56,002 nt of DNA from an uncultured Bacillota bacterium (GCA_949287105.1 CASEFE010000069.1:1-56002); one strand, 5' to 3'. Counted from the stretch's first letter, positions 38,907 through 47,853 are shown. Translations and numbers: made by a program. The notes: generated from the letters alone by a model not told the origin.

Positions 38907-39548
38907 GTGGACGAAAAGACCATAGAACTCATCACAAAACTTGCACTGGAAGCGATGGAGAAACAGCAGGCAGAAAAACGGGGGTATCTCGTACCTGTCG
39001 GTGTTTCGGCGCGGCATGTACATCTCACGCAGGAGCATGTGGAGATTTTGTTCGGAGCGGGGCATACGCTTCAGCCGAAAAAGGCGCTGATGGGCGGACA
39101 ATTTGCGGCGGAAGAATGTGTGACCATTGTCGGGCTGAAACTGCGTGCCATCGAAAACGTGCGTGTATTGGGACCTTGCAGGAAGCAATCGCAGGTTGAA
39201 GTATCGGCGACCGATGCGCTGAAATTGGGCGTCAAAGCTCCCATACGCGAATCTGGTAAGCTTGCCGGCAGTGCGCCTATTGCGATCGTCGGGCCTTGCG
39301 GTGCGGTATATCTGAAAGAAGGATGTATCATTGCGATGCGTCACATTCACATGTCGCCGAAAGACGCGGAGGCCGCGGGTGTGAAAGACGGCGATATCGT
39401 CTCTGTGCGCGCGGACAACGAACGTGCAACGATATTTGACAAAGTATTGATCCGTGTAAACGAAAGTTTTACGTTGGAAATGCACGTAGACACGGACGAG
39501 GCGAATGCCTGCAAGATCAAGACGGGCGATACGGTACGTATCCTGTGA
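38907..39548 (+). CDS. pduL: Phosphate propanoyltransferase with N-terminal encapsulation peptide
   Basis: VGVSARHVHL, GQFAAEE, VRVLGP, RESGKL, RHIHM, EMHVDTDEANA. Confidence 0.95.
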   Translation: MDEKTIELITKLALEAMEKQQAEKRGYLVPVGVSARHVHLTQEHVEILFGAGHTLQPKKALMGGQFAAEECVTIVGLKLRAIENVRVLGPCRKQSQVEVSATDALKLGVKAPIRESGKLAGSAPIAIVGPCGAVYLKEGCIIAMRHIHMSPKDAEAAGVKDGDIVSVRADNERATIFDKVLIRVNESFTLEMHVDTDEANACKIKTGDTVRIL

Positions 39549-39573
39549 TGATGAGCAGAAAAAGGAGATCGGT

Positions 39574-39837
39574 ATGATAATTGGCAAAGTTGTGGGGAGC
39601 GTTGTATCGACCCGCAAGTGCGACAATCTAGTCGGTAACAAATTTATGATCGTCGAACCCATTCCGAGTCTGAAGGTGGAAAACCGAATCGTTGCCATCG
39701 ATAAGATCGGTGCAGGGATCGGGGAATATGTATTGGTAGCGCAGGGCAGTGCGGCGCGCGTGGGATGCGGCATGGATAAAGCGCCTGTCGATGCGGCGAT
39801 CGTCGGAATTCTCGACGAAGGCCAGAACCTGGAATAA
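39574..39837 (+). CDS. BMC-P vertex protein (EutN/PduN/CcmL)
   Basis: GKVVGSVVSTRK, AIDKIGAGIGE, GSAAR, PVDAAIVGILD. Confidence 0.95.
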   Translation: MIIGKVVGSVVSTRKCDNLVGNKFMIVEPIPSLKVENRIVAIDKIGAGIGEYVLVAQGSAARVGCGMDKAPVDAAIVGILDEGQNLE

Positions 39838-39869
39838 TCCGCAAATAGTCTCGATCGGAGCAAAAGAAA

Positions 39870-41201
39870 ATGGACATGAAAGAACTTGCCGAATTGTTGC
39901 GGCAAAGCGGTGTGGTCGGTGCAGGCGGCGCCGGATTTCCTACATACGCAAAATTGGACGCGCGCGCGCAGACAATTATTATGAACTGTGCGGAGTGCGA
40001 ACCGTTGTTGAAGCTGCACCGTCAGCTTCTGGAACAACATGCGGAAGAGATCGTATCCGCATTCAAATTGATTAAAGACACGGTGGGCGCAGAGGATGCG
40101 GTCATCGGCATTAAAAAGGCATATAAGCAGACCATCGCGGCGCTGGAAGGCGTATTGCCCCGTTTTGAGGGAGTTCGTCTCGGACTTTTGGATGAAGTCT
40201 ATCCGGCGGGCGACGAGGTCGTATTGATATATGAAGTTACGGGAAAGGTGGTGCGGCCGGGCGGCCTGCCCATTGAGAGCGGCGTCTGTGTCTTCAACGT
40301 GGAAACGTGTTATAATCTTGCGCGTGCGTTGAACAGACAGGAACCGGTAGTCGATAAACTGGTCAGCGTTGTGGCGGAAGTCAATCATCCCGTCACGTTG
40401 CGTATGCCCATCGGCGCCACGGTAGAAGACGCGGTTCGCCTTGCCGGCGGCGCGAGGATCCCGAATCCCGTCTATTTTGTCGGCGGTCCGATGATGGGAA
40501 ACATTCTTCCCGGGACCACGCCTATAACCAAAACCACGAATGCGATTTTGGTATTGCCGCAAAATCATTATTTGGTAGAGCGCAAACGCAGCAGGGTTGA
40601 AACCATGCTCAAACGTGCGGCGGCAAGCTGCTGCCAGTGTTCGATGTGTACGGATCTTTGTCCGCGCCATATGCTGGGACATCCGATCCAGCCGCATCTG
40701 TTCATGCGCGCGGCAACCTGCAAAGACGTACAGGATCCGAACATTTTTGTAAACACGTTTTTCTGCTGTTCGTGCGGACTGTGCGAATTGTATTCCTGTT
40801 TCCAAGGGCTTTCGCCGCGTTCGCTGATGGCACAGTATAAGAACGGTCTTCGCGCGGCGGGAGTGAAACCGCCGAAGGTAGAAGCGGCGCCCGTCAATCC
40901 CGCAAGAGAATTGCGCAAAGCACCCATGAAACGGCTGATGGCGCGGTTGGATCTTGTGAAATACGATGTTGCAGCCCCGTTGCAGGACGAATGTGTGACA
41001 GTCAAAACGGTTCGCATTCCCACCCGTCAGCACATCGGTGCGCCGGCGGTTCCCTGTGTAAAAGCGGGCGACATAGTCGAACGCGGGCAGGTCATTGCGC
41101 GGCCGGCCGAAGGGCTTTCGGTTGCCATACACGCATCGGAAAAAGGCAGGGTGCGCGAAGTTACGAGTGCAGAAATTGTCATAGACGCGATAGGAGAATA
41201 A
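39870..41201 (+). CDS. pduS: PduS-like flavin/Fe-S oxidoreductase (RnfC-like)
   Basis: GVVGAGGAGFPT, NCAECEP, YPAGDE, GGPMMG, CCQCSMCTDLCP, CCSCGLCE, QHIGAPA. Confidence 0.9.
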   Translation: MDMKELAELLRQSGVVGAGGAGFPTYAKLDARAQTIIMNCAECEPLLKLHRQLLEQHAEEIVSAFKLIKDTVGAEDAVIGIKKAYKQTIAALEGVLPRFEGVRLGLLDEVYPAGDEVVLIYEVTGKVVRPGGLPIESGVCVFNVETCYNLARALNRQEPVVDKLVSVVAEVNHPVTLRMPIGATVEDAVRLAGGARIPNPVYFVGGPMMGNILPGTTPITKTTNAILVLPQNHYLVERKRSRVETMLKRAAASCCQCSMCTDLCPRHMLGHPIQPHLFMRAATCKDVQDPNIFVNTFFCCSCGLCELYSCFQGLSPRSLMAQYKNGLRAAGVKPPKVEAAPVNPARELRKAPMKRLMARLDLVKYDVAAPLQDECVTVKTVRIPTRQHIGAPAVPCVKAGDIVERGQVIARPAEGLSVAIHASEKGRVREVTSAEIVIDAIGE

Positions 41202-41204
41202 AGT

Positions 41205-41753
41205 ATGAGCAAAGCGATCGGAATGGCAGAATTTAAGACGGTTTCAGCCGGTATGACTGCGGCGGATACGATGGTCAAAACGGCAGATGTCGATATTATC
41301 GAGGCAGAAACGGTCTGCCCCGGAAAATACATAGTGATCATAACGGGCGAGTTGTCAGCGGTGAACGCCTCTGTGCAAGCGGCGATCACGCAGCACGCGC
41401 TTCACTTGATCGACAGTTTCGTGCTCGGCAATCCGGCCGAAGAAATTTTCCCTGCGATTTACGGTGCGTCGCACGTAGAGATCGTAAATTCGCTGGGAAT
41501 CATCGAAACGTATGACGCGGCGGCGATCATCGTTGCGGCGGATCAGGCGGCAAAGACGGCGGAAGTATCTCTGATCGAGATCCGTCTTGCGCGCGGTATG
41601 TGCGGAAAAAGCTATCTTCTCATTACCGGAGAAGTTGCGGCGGTGGAAGCGGCCATTGCGCGTGCGCAAAAGGCGGTAGAACCGCGCGGCATGTTCCTGG
41701 ACAGCTCCGTGATTGCCCGTCCGGACAAAAAATTGATCGATCAGATTCTGTAA
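41205..41753 (+). CDS. pduT: BMC-T shell protein with Fe-S-ligand Cys
   Basis: Tandem BMC domains, TVCPGKY, AADQAAKTAEV, VIARP; follows pduS. Confidence 0.9.
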   Translation: MSKAIGMAEFKTVSAGMTAADTMVKTADVDIIEAETVCPGKYIVIITGELSAVNASVQAAITQHALHLIDSFVLGNPAEEIFPAIYGASHVEIVNSLGIIETYDAAAIIVAADQAAKTAEVSLIEIRLARGMCGKSYLLITGEVAAVEAAIARAQKAVEPRGMFLDSSVIARPDKKLIDQIL

Positions 41754-41760
41754 TTTCAGC

Positions 41761-41796
41761 CGGCAAGCCCTGTTTTTTCTCGGCTTGCCGTTTGTT
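41761..41796 (+). terminator. Hairpin after pduT (weak terminator)
   Basis: CGGCAAGCC / GGCTTGCCG followed by TTTGTT. Confidence 0.5.
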
Positions 41797-41850
41797 GTTC
41801 AGATTCTTTAACGCAGTATTTGAAACAAGGTAAGGATAAGGAGGAATCTC

Positions 41851-42630
41851 ATGCTCGCAATCGAACGCAGGAACAGAATACTTTCGCGGTTGAGAGCGGA
41901 AAAGCACGTCGTGGTGAGTGAGCTCGCGAAGGAATTTGATGTTTCGGAAGAAACCATTCGTCGCGATCTCGATAAAATGGAGAAGGAAGGCCAGGTCGTC
42001 AAGACGTACGGAGGCGCCGTTATCAGTGAAAACGGCGCGACGGAGCTGCCTTTCGGTGTCCGAAAAAAATCCAACGTGGCGGAAAAGCAGAAGATAGCGG
42101 CGCTTGTAGCGGATCTGATCAATGACAGCGATACGATCATTCTGGACGCTTCTTCGACGGCGGTTTTTATTGCGCAAAAGCTCAAATCCAAAAAGAATCT
42201 GACGCTTGTCACCAATTCGGTGGAAGTTTTAATGGAACTTTCGGATGTGGCGGGTTGGCGGATCATCGCCACTGGTGGAACGCTCAAAGAAAAATCGTGT
42301 GCGCTGGTCGGTTCGCAGGCGGAAGAGATGCTTTCGGCGTATCATGTGGGCAAAGTGATTTTATCGTGCAAAGGTGTCGATGCCGAAGGCGGGTTTTCCG
42401 ATTCGAGCGACAGCCACGCTTCATTAAAACGCAAGATGCTTGCGTGCGGAGCACAGAAAATATTTGCCGTCGATTCAAGCAAGTTTGACAAACGTTCGTT
42501 TACGGAGATCAGCGGATTTTCCGGGATCGATGCCGTCATCACCGATAAAAAGCCGGAAAAGAGATGGGAAGACTTGCTGGATTCGTACGGGGTCGAACTT
42601 CTTTATCCGGAAAAGGAGGAAAACGCATGA
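41851..42630 (+). CDS. DeoR/GlpR-family transcriptional regulator
   Basis: ERRNRIL, ELAKEFDVSEETIRRDL, KTYGGA, LDASST, VTNS, DSSKF. Confidence 0.94.
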   Translation: MLAIERRNRILSRLRAEKHVVVSELAKEFDVSEETIRRDLDKMEKEGQVVKTYGGAVISENGATELPFGVRKKSNVAEKQKIAALVADLINDSDTIILDASSTAVFIAQKLKSKKNLTLVTNSVEVLMELSDVAGWRIIATGGTLKEKSCALVGSQAEEMLSAYHVGKVILSCKGVDAEGGFSDSSDSHASLKRKMLACGAQKIFAVDSSKFDKRSFTEISGFSGIDAVITDKKPEKRWEDLLDSYGVELLYPEKEENA

Positions 42631-43409
42631 AGACGTGTACCATCTGCTTTGCAAACAATAAGGGCGGAAGCGGAAAATCGACGACCTGTTCGAACATCGG
42701 TTATTTTCTTGCCGCGTCGGGGAAGAAAGTATTGTTGATCGACGGGGACATGCAGATGAATCTGACGCTTTCCCTCTTTCCCGAGGAGGAGGCACTGGCG
42801 TTTGCGGCAGGAGAAAAGAATCTGTATGCTGCCATACGGAAAGAAAGCGATTTAGCAGACTGTATACATTCGTCAGCGTATGAAAATCTGGATCTGATCC
42901 CGTCTTCCACGCTGATGAGCGGCATTGAATTTGATCTGTTTACAAAATGGCAGCGGGAATATATACTTAAAAAGGGATTGCAAAAAATCAAAGATTCGGG
43001 CAAGTATGATTATATTCTGATCGATGCGCCGCCGACATTGGGCGGTTGGGTCATGAACATTCTTGCCGCATCGGATCAATTGATCATACCGGTCGAGGCC
43101 AGCCCTTGGGGGCTGTTCGGGCTGTCGAATATGTTTGAATTCCTTTCGGAAGTAAAATCGGTTGCGCCCGATCTTACCGTTGCTGGAATTGTTGTGACAA
43201 AAGTGGACGGACGAAAAAATTATTTCAAACAGACGATAGAAACTTTGCAGGACCTTCCCGCGCACCTGTTTGAAACATGTATCCATTTGGACAGCAGTAT
43301 CGAATGGTCGCAGGATAACAGCAAGCCGGTCGGAAAATACAGGCCTTCCGCCCGCAGCAGTAAAGAATACAAGGCTCTTACCGAGGAGGTAGAAAAGATA
43401 TGCCGTTAG
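42627..43409 (+). CDS. ParA/MinD-family ATPase
   Basis: Deviant Walker A NNKGGSGKSTT, LLIDGDMQMN, YDYILIDAPPTLG; ATGA-coupled to deoR. Confidence 0.92.
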   Translation: MKTCTICFANNKGGSGKSTTCSNIGYFLAASGKKVLLIDGDMQMNLTLSLFPEEEALAFAAGEKNLYAAIRKESDLADCIHSSAYENLDLIPSSTLMSGIEFDLFTKWQREYILKKGLQKIKDSGKYDYILIDAPPTLGGWVMNILAASDQLIIPVEASPWGLFGLSNMFEFLSEVKSVAPDLTVAGIVVTKVDGRKNYFKQTIETLQDLPAHLFETCIHLDSSIEWSQDNSKPVGKYRPSARSSKEYKALTEEVEKICR

Positions 43410-43894
43410 GAAAAGCAAGCATTCAGCGCGCCACAGGTGCGATCGAAAAAAAACGTGTAAAGAGTGAAAAGACTGCCTTTTCCAAGACATGCGTACTGAC
43501 GGAAATGTCTTTGGCGTCGATCGCTGTGGCGGCAGACAAAGCGGTCGAACCGAAAGCGGCGCTTGTGAAATCGGTCAAAAAATATGGGGTAGTGGAACCG
43601 GTTTTTGCTTTGCGTAAAGGCGAAGAAGCGATTCTTTTATGCGGCTTTGCCCGGTATGCGGCGGCACAGCAAGCGGGGCTGGAAAAAATTCCTGTTGTAC
43701 TGTGCGAGCTTACCGGCACGGGCGCAGATACCGCTCTTAAAGAATTACAGACAACAAAAAGTTCCAAAAAAGCGGATACGTCTGCGGAAAAACAGACCCG
43801 CCAAGGTTCGTCTTCGGACAATATTCATGAAGAAAAATTCAAGGCAGTGAACGCGTTTCATGTGGGCGCGAAACTTCCCGAATATCTGCTTTGA
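43400..43894 (+). CDS. ParA partner with degenerate ParB N-terminal (Srx/CTPase-like) fold and no HTH
   Basis: RBS GAGGAGG, overlaps the parA 3' end; LVKSVKKYGVVEPV..LLCGFARYAAAQQAGLEKIPV resembles the ParB N-domain; tail LPEYLL. Confidence 0.75.
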   Translation: MPLGKASIQRATGAIEKKRVKSEKTAFSKTCVLTEMSLASIAVAADKAVEPKAALVKSVKKYGVVEPVFALRKGEEAILLCGFARYAAAQQAGLEKIPVVLCELTGTGADTALKELQTTKSSKKADTSAEKQTRQGSSSDNIHEEKFKAVNAFHVGAKLPEYLL

Positions 43895-44013
43895 TCGAAA
43901 ATAGTTTGAAATAAGATACAGCATTGTTTTCTATGCATCGGTAAACCCGACGACGTAAAAAGTTTTGAGTCGACGAAAAAATAATACGGAAAGACAAGTG
44001 AAAAGAAAGGCTT

Positions 44014-45156
44014 ATGAAATCGTTTGATATAAAGACAAAAATCTATTTTGGCGACAATTCAATGGACCGTCTGCGTGAGACGCCTTATAAACGGATCATG
44101 ATCGTGACCGATAAATTTATTTCAGGCAGCGAAGTATTCAAAGTTGTGACGGTACCTTTGACAGAATCTGGGAAAGAATACCGTGTATTCAATGATGTTG
44201 TGCCCGATCCTCCCGTTGAGAAGATCGTGGAAGGTGTAAAAGCCGTACTCGATTACGGGCCGGACTGTCTTGTGGCGGTCGGCGGCGGTTCGGCGATTGA
44301 TTCTGCAAAAGCCATCCGCGAGTTTGCAGAAAAGATGTCTTCGCAGAAAATGGCCTTGATCGCGATCCCGACAACCAGCGGAACGGGCAGTGAAGTTACG
44401 TCTTTTTCAGTGATTACCGATTCGGTGCATCACGTCAAATACCCGCTCGTGTCTGACAGTCTGTTGCCTGACGAAGCTATTCTTGACGAGGCTCTCGTTA
44501 TGAGTGTGCCGCAGAACGTAACGGCCGATACGGGAATGGATGTTTTGACGCACGCCATTGAAGCATATACAAGTCTTAACAACAATGAGTTTTCAGCCGC
44601 GCTGGCAGAAAAATCCGTGGAAATTTGCGGAGCCTTTTTATTGCGGGCGTATCTGGACGGGAAGGATGCACATGCGCGGCGGAAGATGCACGTGGCGTCC
44701 TGTCTTGCTGGCCTTGCCTTCAATTCGGCGTCTTTGGGGCTGAATCACGGCATGGCGCATCAGCTGGGAGCCAATTTCCATATTCCGCACGGCAGGGCAA
44801 ACGCTATGCTGCTGCCGCATATCATCGAATACAACAGCGGTATCAATATTCATTCGCGCAGCCAGAAAGAATATCCCAAACAGGTAGAAAAGTACGTTTC
44901 GCTCGCAAGGTTGCTCGGTTTACAGAATTTTAATACGATCACGACGGTACGGGCCTTGGTCAACTGGATCCAGTTTATGGATAAAGAGATGAATATTCCT
45001 CTTTCCATATCGCAGCTCGGAACGGTGAGCGGAGCGGATTATTTTGCGAAAATTCCTGAAATGGCGGAAGCCGCGCTCAAAGACGCCTGCACGGCGACCA
45101 ATCCCAAAGTGCCTACTTACGAAGACGTCGTTAAAATTTATCAGGATCTGTGGTAA
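44014..45156 (+). CDS. Iron-containing alcohol dehydrogenase (PduQ/EutG-like)
   Basis: GGGSAIDSAK, IPTTSGTGSEVT, DTGMDVLTHAIEAY, GLNHGMAH, HGRANA. Confidence 0.93.
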   Translation: MKSFDIKTKIYFGDNSMDRLRETPYKRIMIVTDKFISGSEVFKVVTVPLTESGKEYRVFNDVVPDPPVEKIVEGVKAVLDYGPDCLVAVGGGSAIDSAKAIREFAEKMSSQKMALIAIPTTSGTGSEVTSFSVITDSVHHVKYPLVSDSLLPDEAILDEALVMSVPQNVTADTGMDVLTHAIEAYTSLNNNEFSAALAEKSVEICGAFLLRAYLDGKDAHARRKMHVASCLAGLAFNSASLGLNHGMAHQLGANFHIPHGRANAMLLPHIIEYNSGINIHSRSQKEYPKQVEKYVSLARLLGLQNFNTITTVRALVNWIQFMDKEMNIPLSISQLGTVSGADYFAKIPEMAEAALKDACTATNPKVPTYEDVVKIYQDLW

Positions 45157-45242
45157 AAAACAAAGTCGCCTTTGCAGTTTTGTGTAGATCCGAGCGCATC
45201 AGGCGAATAACAACTCTCAAAATATTGTAGAAGGAGAAAATC

Positions 45243-46700
45243 ATGAGAATTTTAGCATTCGACTTCGGTGCATCCAGCGGAAGGGCGATCATAGGTCATT
45301 TTGACGGAAAGAAGATCGAACTGGAAGAGATCCACCGTTTCTTGAACGAACCCGTGGAAGTAAACGGGCAGCTCTACTGGGATATTTTGCGCCTTTATCA
45401 TGAATTGAAACAGGGCATTCAGAAGGCCGACAAACTGGGCGGAGCCGACAGCATGGGAATCGATACCTGGGGCGTCGATGTCGGATTTATCGGAAAAGAC
45501 GGGCAGCTTCTGGCAAATCCTTTCCATTACCGTTCGCCGCATACCGAAAATGTTTTGGAAGAATTGGAAAAGGTCATGACCATGCCGGAGCTTTTCGCAA
45601 AGACTGGGTTGGCTTTTAACAAATTCAATACGCTTTGTCAGCTGGTTGTCATGCAGAAAAACGCGAATATTGCGCTCGAAAATGCAGATACAGTCCTGTT
45701 TATCCCCGATCTTTTCACGTATTTTCTGACAGGCGAAAAGGTTTGCGAATTTTCCATTGCCAGCACATCGGAACTTATCAAACCGGGTAAAAACGAATTC
45801 TGTAAAGAAGTTTTTGAGGCATACGGCCTGAAAAATAAATTTCCGGAAATTATCTCGCCGGGAAAAATTGTCGGGGAGCTTTCTTCTGAAGTCGTCGCAG
45901 AATTAAATCTTCAAAAGAATATGCCCGTCGTTGCGACACTTGGCCATGATACGGCATCTGCCTTTTTATCCGTACCGAAAGAGAGTGAGAATTCCGCATT
46001 TCTTTCCAGCGGAACCTGGTCGCTTCTCGGAATGGAACTGGATGAACCCATCATGAGCGAAGAGGCCAGGAAAGCCGGCTATACGAACGAGGGCGGACTT
46101 GGCAATAATATTCGTTTTTTGAAGAATATTATGGGGCTTTGGATCATTCAGGAATGCAAGCGTACCTGGGATAAAGAAGGAAAAAATCTTTCATTTGCTG
46201 AGATTGCAGAGGGCGCGGCAAAGGTAGAACCGTGTAAATATCTCATCAATCCGGATGCGGACGAATTTTATTCGCCGCACGATATGCCCGATAAAATTGT
46301 GGCTTTCTGTAAAAAATCGGGCGGGGCTGTTCCTCAAACGGTATTTGAGATCGCGCGCTGTGTATACGATTCTTTGGCGCTTGCATACAAACACAATATT
46401 CTTGCGTTGGAAAAACTGACGGGCAGAAAAATTTCTGTTTTGCACATTGTTGGCGGCGGTTCCAATAACGACATGCTTAACCGTGCAACGGCATCGGCTC
46501 TCGGAATTCGCGTAACGGCAGGCCCGGGAGAAGGTACGGCGCTCGGAAATATTCTTTGTCAGCTCATAGCCTTGGGTAAAGTGAAAGATGCAAAAGAAGC
46601 GCGAGAGATCGTTAAAAATTCTACTACGATCCGCGAATACAATCCGGAAAATTCAAAAGTATACGATGCGGCATACGACCGTTATCTGAAACTGATGTAA
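45243..46700 (+). CDS. Rhamnulokinase/fuculokinase (FGGY family, RhaB-like)
   Basis: AFDFGASSGR, GIDTWGVD, GHDTASA, SSGTWSLLG, TNEGG, LKNIMGLW, VGGGS. Confidence 0.9.
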   Translation: MRILAFDFGASSGRAIIGHFDGKKIELEEIHRFLNEPVEVNGQLYWDILRLYHELKQGIQKADKLGGADSMGIDTWGVDVGFIGKDGQLLANPFHYRSPHTENVLEELEKVMTMPELFAKTGLAFNKFNTLCQLVVMQKNANIALENADTVLFIPDLFTYFLTGEKVCEFSIASTSELIKPGKNEFCKEVFEAYGLKNKFPEIISPGKIVGELSSEVVAELNLQKNMPVVATLGHDTASAFLSVPKESENSAFLSSGTWSLLGMELDEPIMSEEARKAGYTNEGGLGNNIRFLKNIMGLWIIQECKRTWDKEGKNLSFAEIAEGAAKVEPCKYLINPDADEFYSPHDMPDKIVAFCKKSGGAVPQTVFEIARCVYDSLALAYKHNILALEKLTGRKISVLHIVGGGSNNDMLNRATASALGIRVTAGPGEGTALGNILCQLIALGKVKDAKEAREIVKNSTTIREYNPENSKVYDAAYDRYLKLM

Positions 46701-46711
46701 AAATAAAAATG

Positions 46712-46755
46712 AAAAGAGCGCCTTTGCAGAAAAGTTTGCAAAGGCGCTCTTTTTT
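46712..46755 (+). terminator. Intrinsic terminator ending the BMC locus
   Basis: AAAAGAGCGCCTTTGCA / TGCAAAGGCGCTCTTTTTT. Confidence 0.85.
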
Positions 46756-47400
46756 AATAAACTCGGCTTAGTTCAAAACAATTCTAATATTTTAGAGAAT
46801 TTAAAATAGTAATATTTTCGGGTCATAAATTTCGAAACAAAAGCCTGTTAAAATCTTCAAAGAATATCGAATGCTTTTTAAAAAGTTAGAAAAAGCAGTG
46901 TTTTATCCCAAATTTCAAAATAAGACTTCGGTTTTTGTTATGAAAAAATTTTTTCAGGGAAGGGGTTTTCAGAAAGCGATTTTTCGAAAGTCATAACCGA
47001 ATAGGATAAAAGGACAGTATACATCAAAATAAAAAGCAGTCGGCGGCGCAGCATGCGTCGAGAATTGAAGTTGGGTGTTGAAAACCGATAGGGGATCAGA
47101 GAAAACGTAAAAAAAGTTTTTAAAGTAGGATTGAAGGCGTGGCAAAAAGCGATGGATGCCCGCTTGTGCAAAATATTGGAATTGAAAACTTTGTGTTTTA
47201 TCGAAAAATGCTTTAAACGGATAAAAATTTTCTTTCAGTGTTTACGAGTCATTAAAAAAGAAATTTTTTGAAGCAAAGCATAGCTTGTTGCATTCAAGTT
47301 ATATCAGAGCTCTTTGAATGCGCATTTACACATTAAATTAAAAAAATCGTTCGATTCGAATAAAAATACTATGTATTAAAGAAAAATATTAGAAAGATGA

Positions 47401-47703
47401 TAAAACTATCCGTTCGATAAAAACAGTTCTTTTTCAAAAACGAATTTAGTGAAAATAGGAGAGAGTATAAAATAAAAAAATTATCCGTTCGGTAAAAATA
47501 ATAGTATTTTTCAAAAACAAATTTAGTTGGAGAAGAGGGGCACGTAAAATTAAAACTATTTGTTCAGTAAAAACAGTGTTTTTCAAAAAATGAATTTGGT
47601 TAAAAAAGGTGGACTGCGTAAAATAAAAACTATTTGTTCAGTAAGGACAGTGTTTTTCAAAAAACGAGTTTGGTTGGAAAAGGGGAATGCTTAAATTAAA
47701 ACA
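47401..47703. repeat. Tandem array of four ~75-bp degenerate units
   Basis: Anchor TAT(CC/TT)GTTC at 47407, 47482, 47557 and 47631 (periods 75, 75, 74); conserved TTTTTCAAAAA..(A/G)TTT(A/G)GT. Confidence 0.85.
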
Positions 47704-47737
47704 AAAAACGGTCCGCGGCGCAGAATGCGTCGCGGAC
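47703..47737 (-). terminator. Intrinsic terminator of the minus-strand 48219-47703 unit
   Basis: Minus strand GTCCGCGACGCA-TTC-TGCGCCGCGGAC followed by CGTTTTTT. Confidence 0.8.
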
Positions 47738-47853
47738 AAGAATTCCGTATTCAGTTTTAAGGAACTGTTCGGATTTGTTTCATCAATCTATAATCAGCGC
47801 AGATGTTTATCGCCTGCAGATCGCTCAACATGTCTGCAAATTGAAACCTTATC

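Noticed and set aside
38784-41132. 782-aa antisense ORF, and similar ones at 34528-36648, 29990-31726, 11133-12140 and 1305-2258
   Set aside because: They mirror well-supported genes on the other strand, have no motifs or RBS, and are explained by codon bias that suppresses antisense stops
42627-43894. Chromosomal soj/spo0J or plasmid partition cassette
   Set aside because: The partner lacks the HTH and Arg patch, I saw no parS palindrome or rep gene, and the genes are embedded in a metabolic operon
28700-47400. BMC locus as a mobile island
   Set aside because: No integrase, transposase, tRNA target or flanking direct repeats were seen
47401-47703. CRISPR array
   Set aside because: Units are degenerate and too long, the variable parts are short and resemble each other, and there is no cas gene; kept as a tandem repeat
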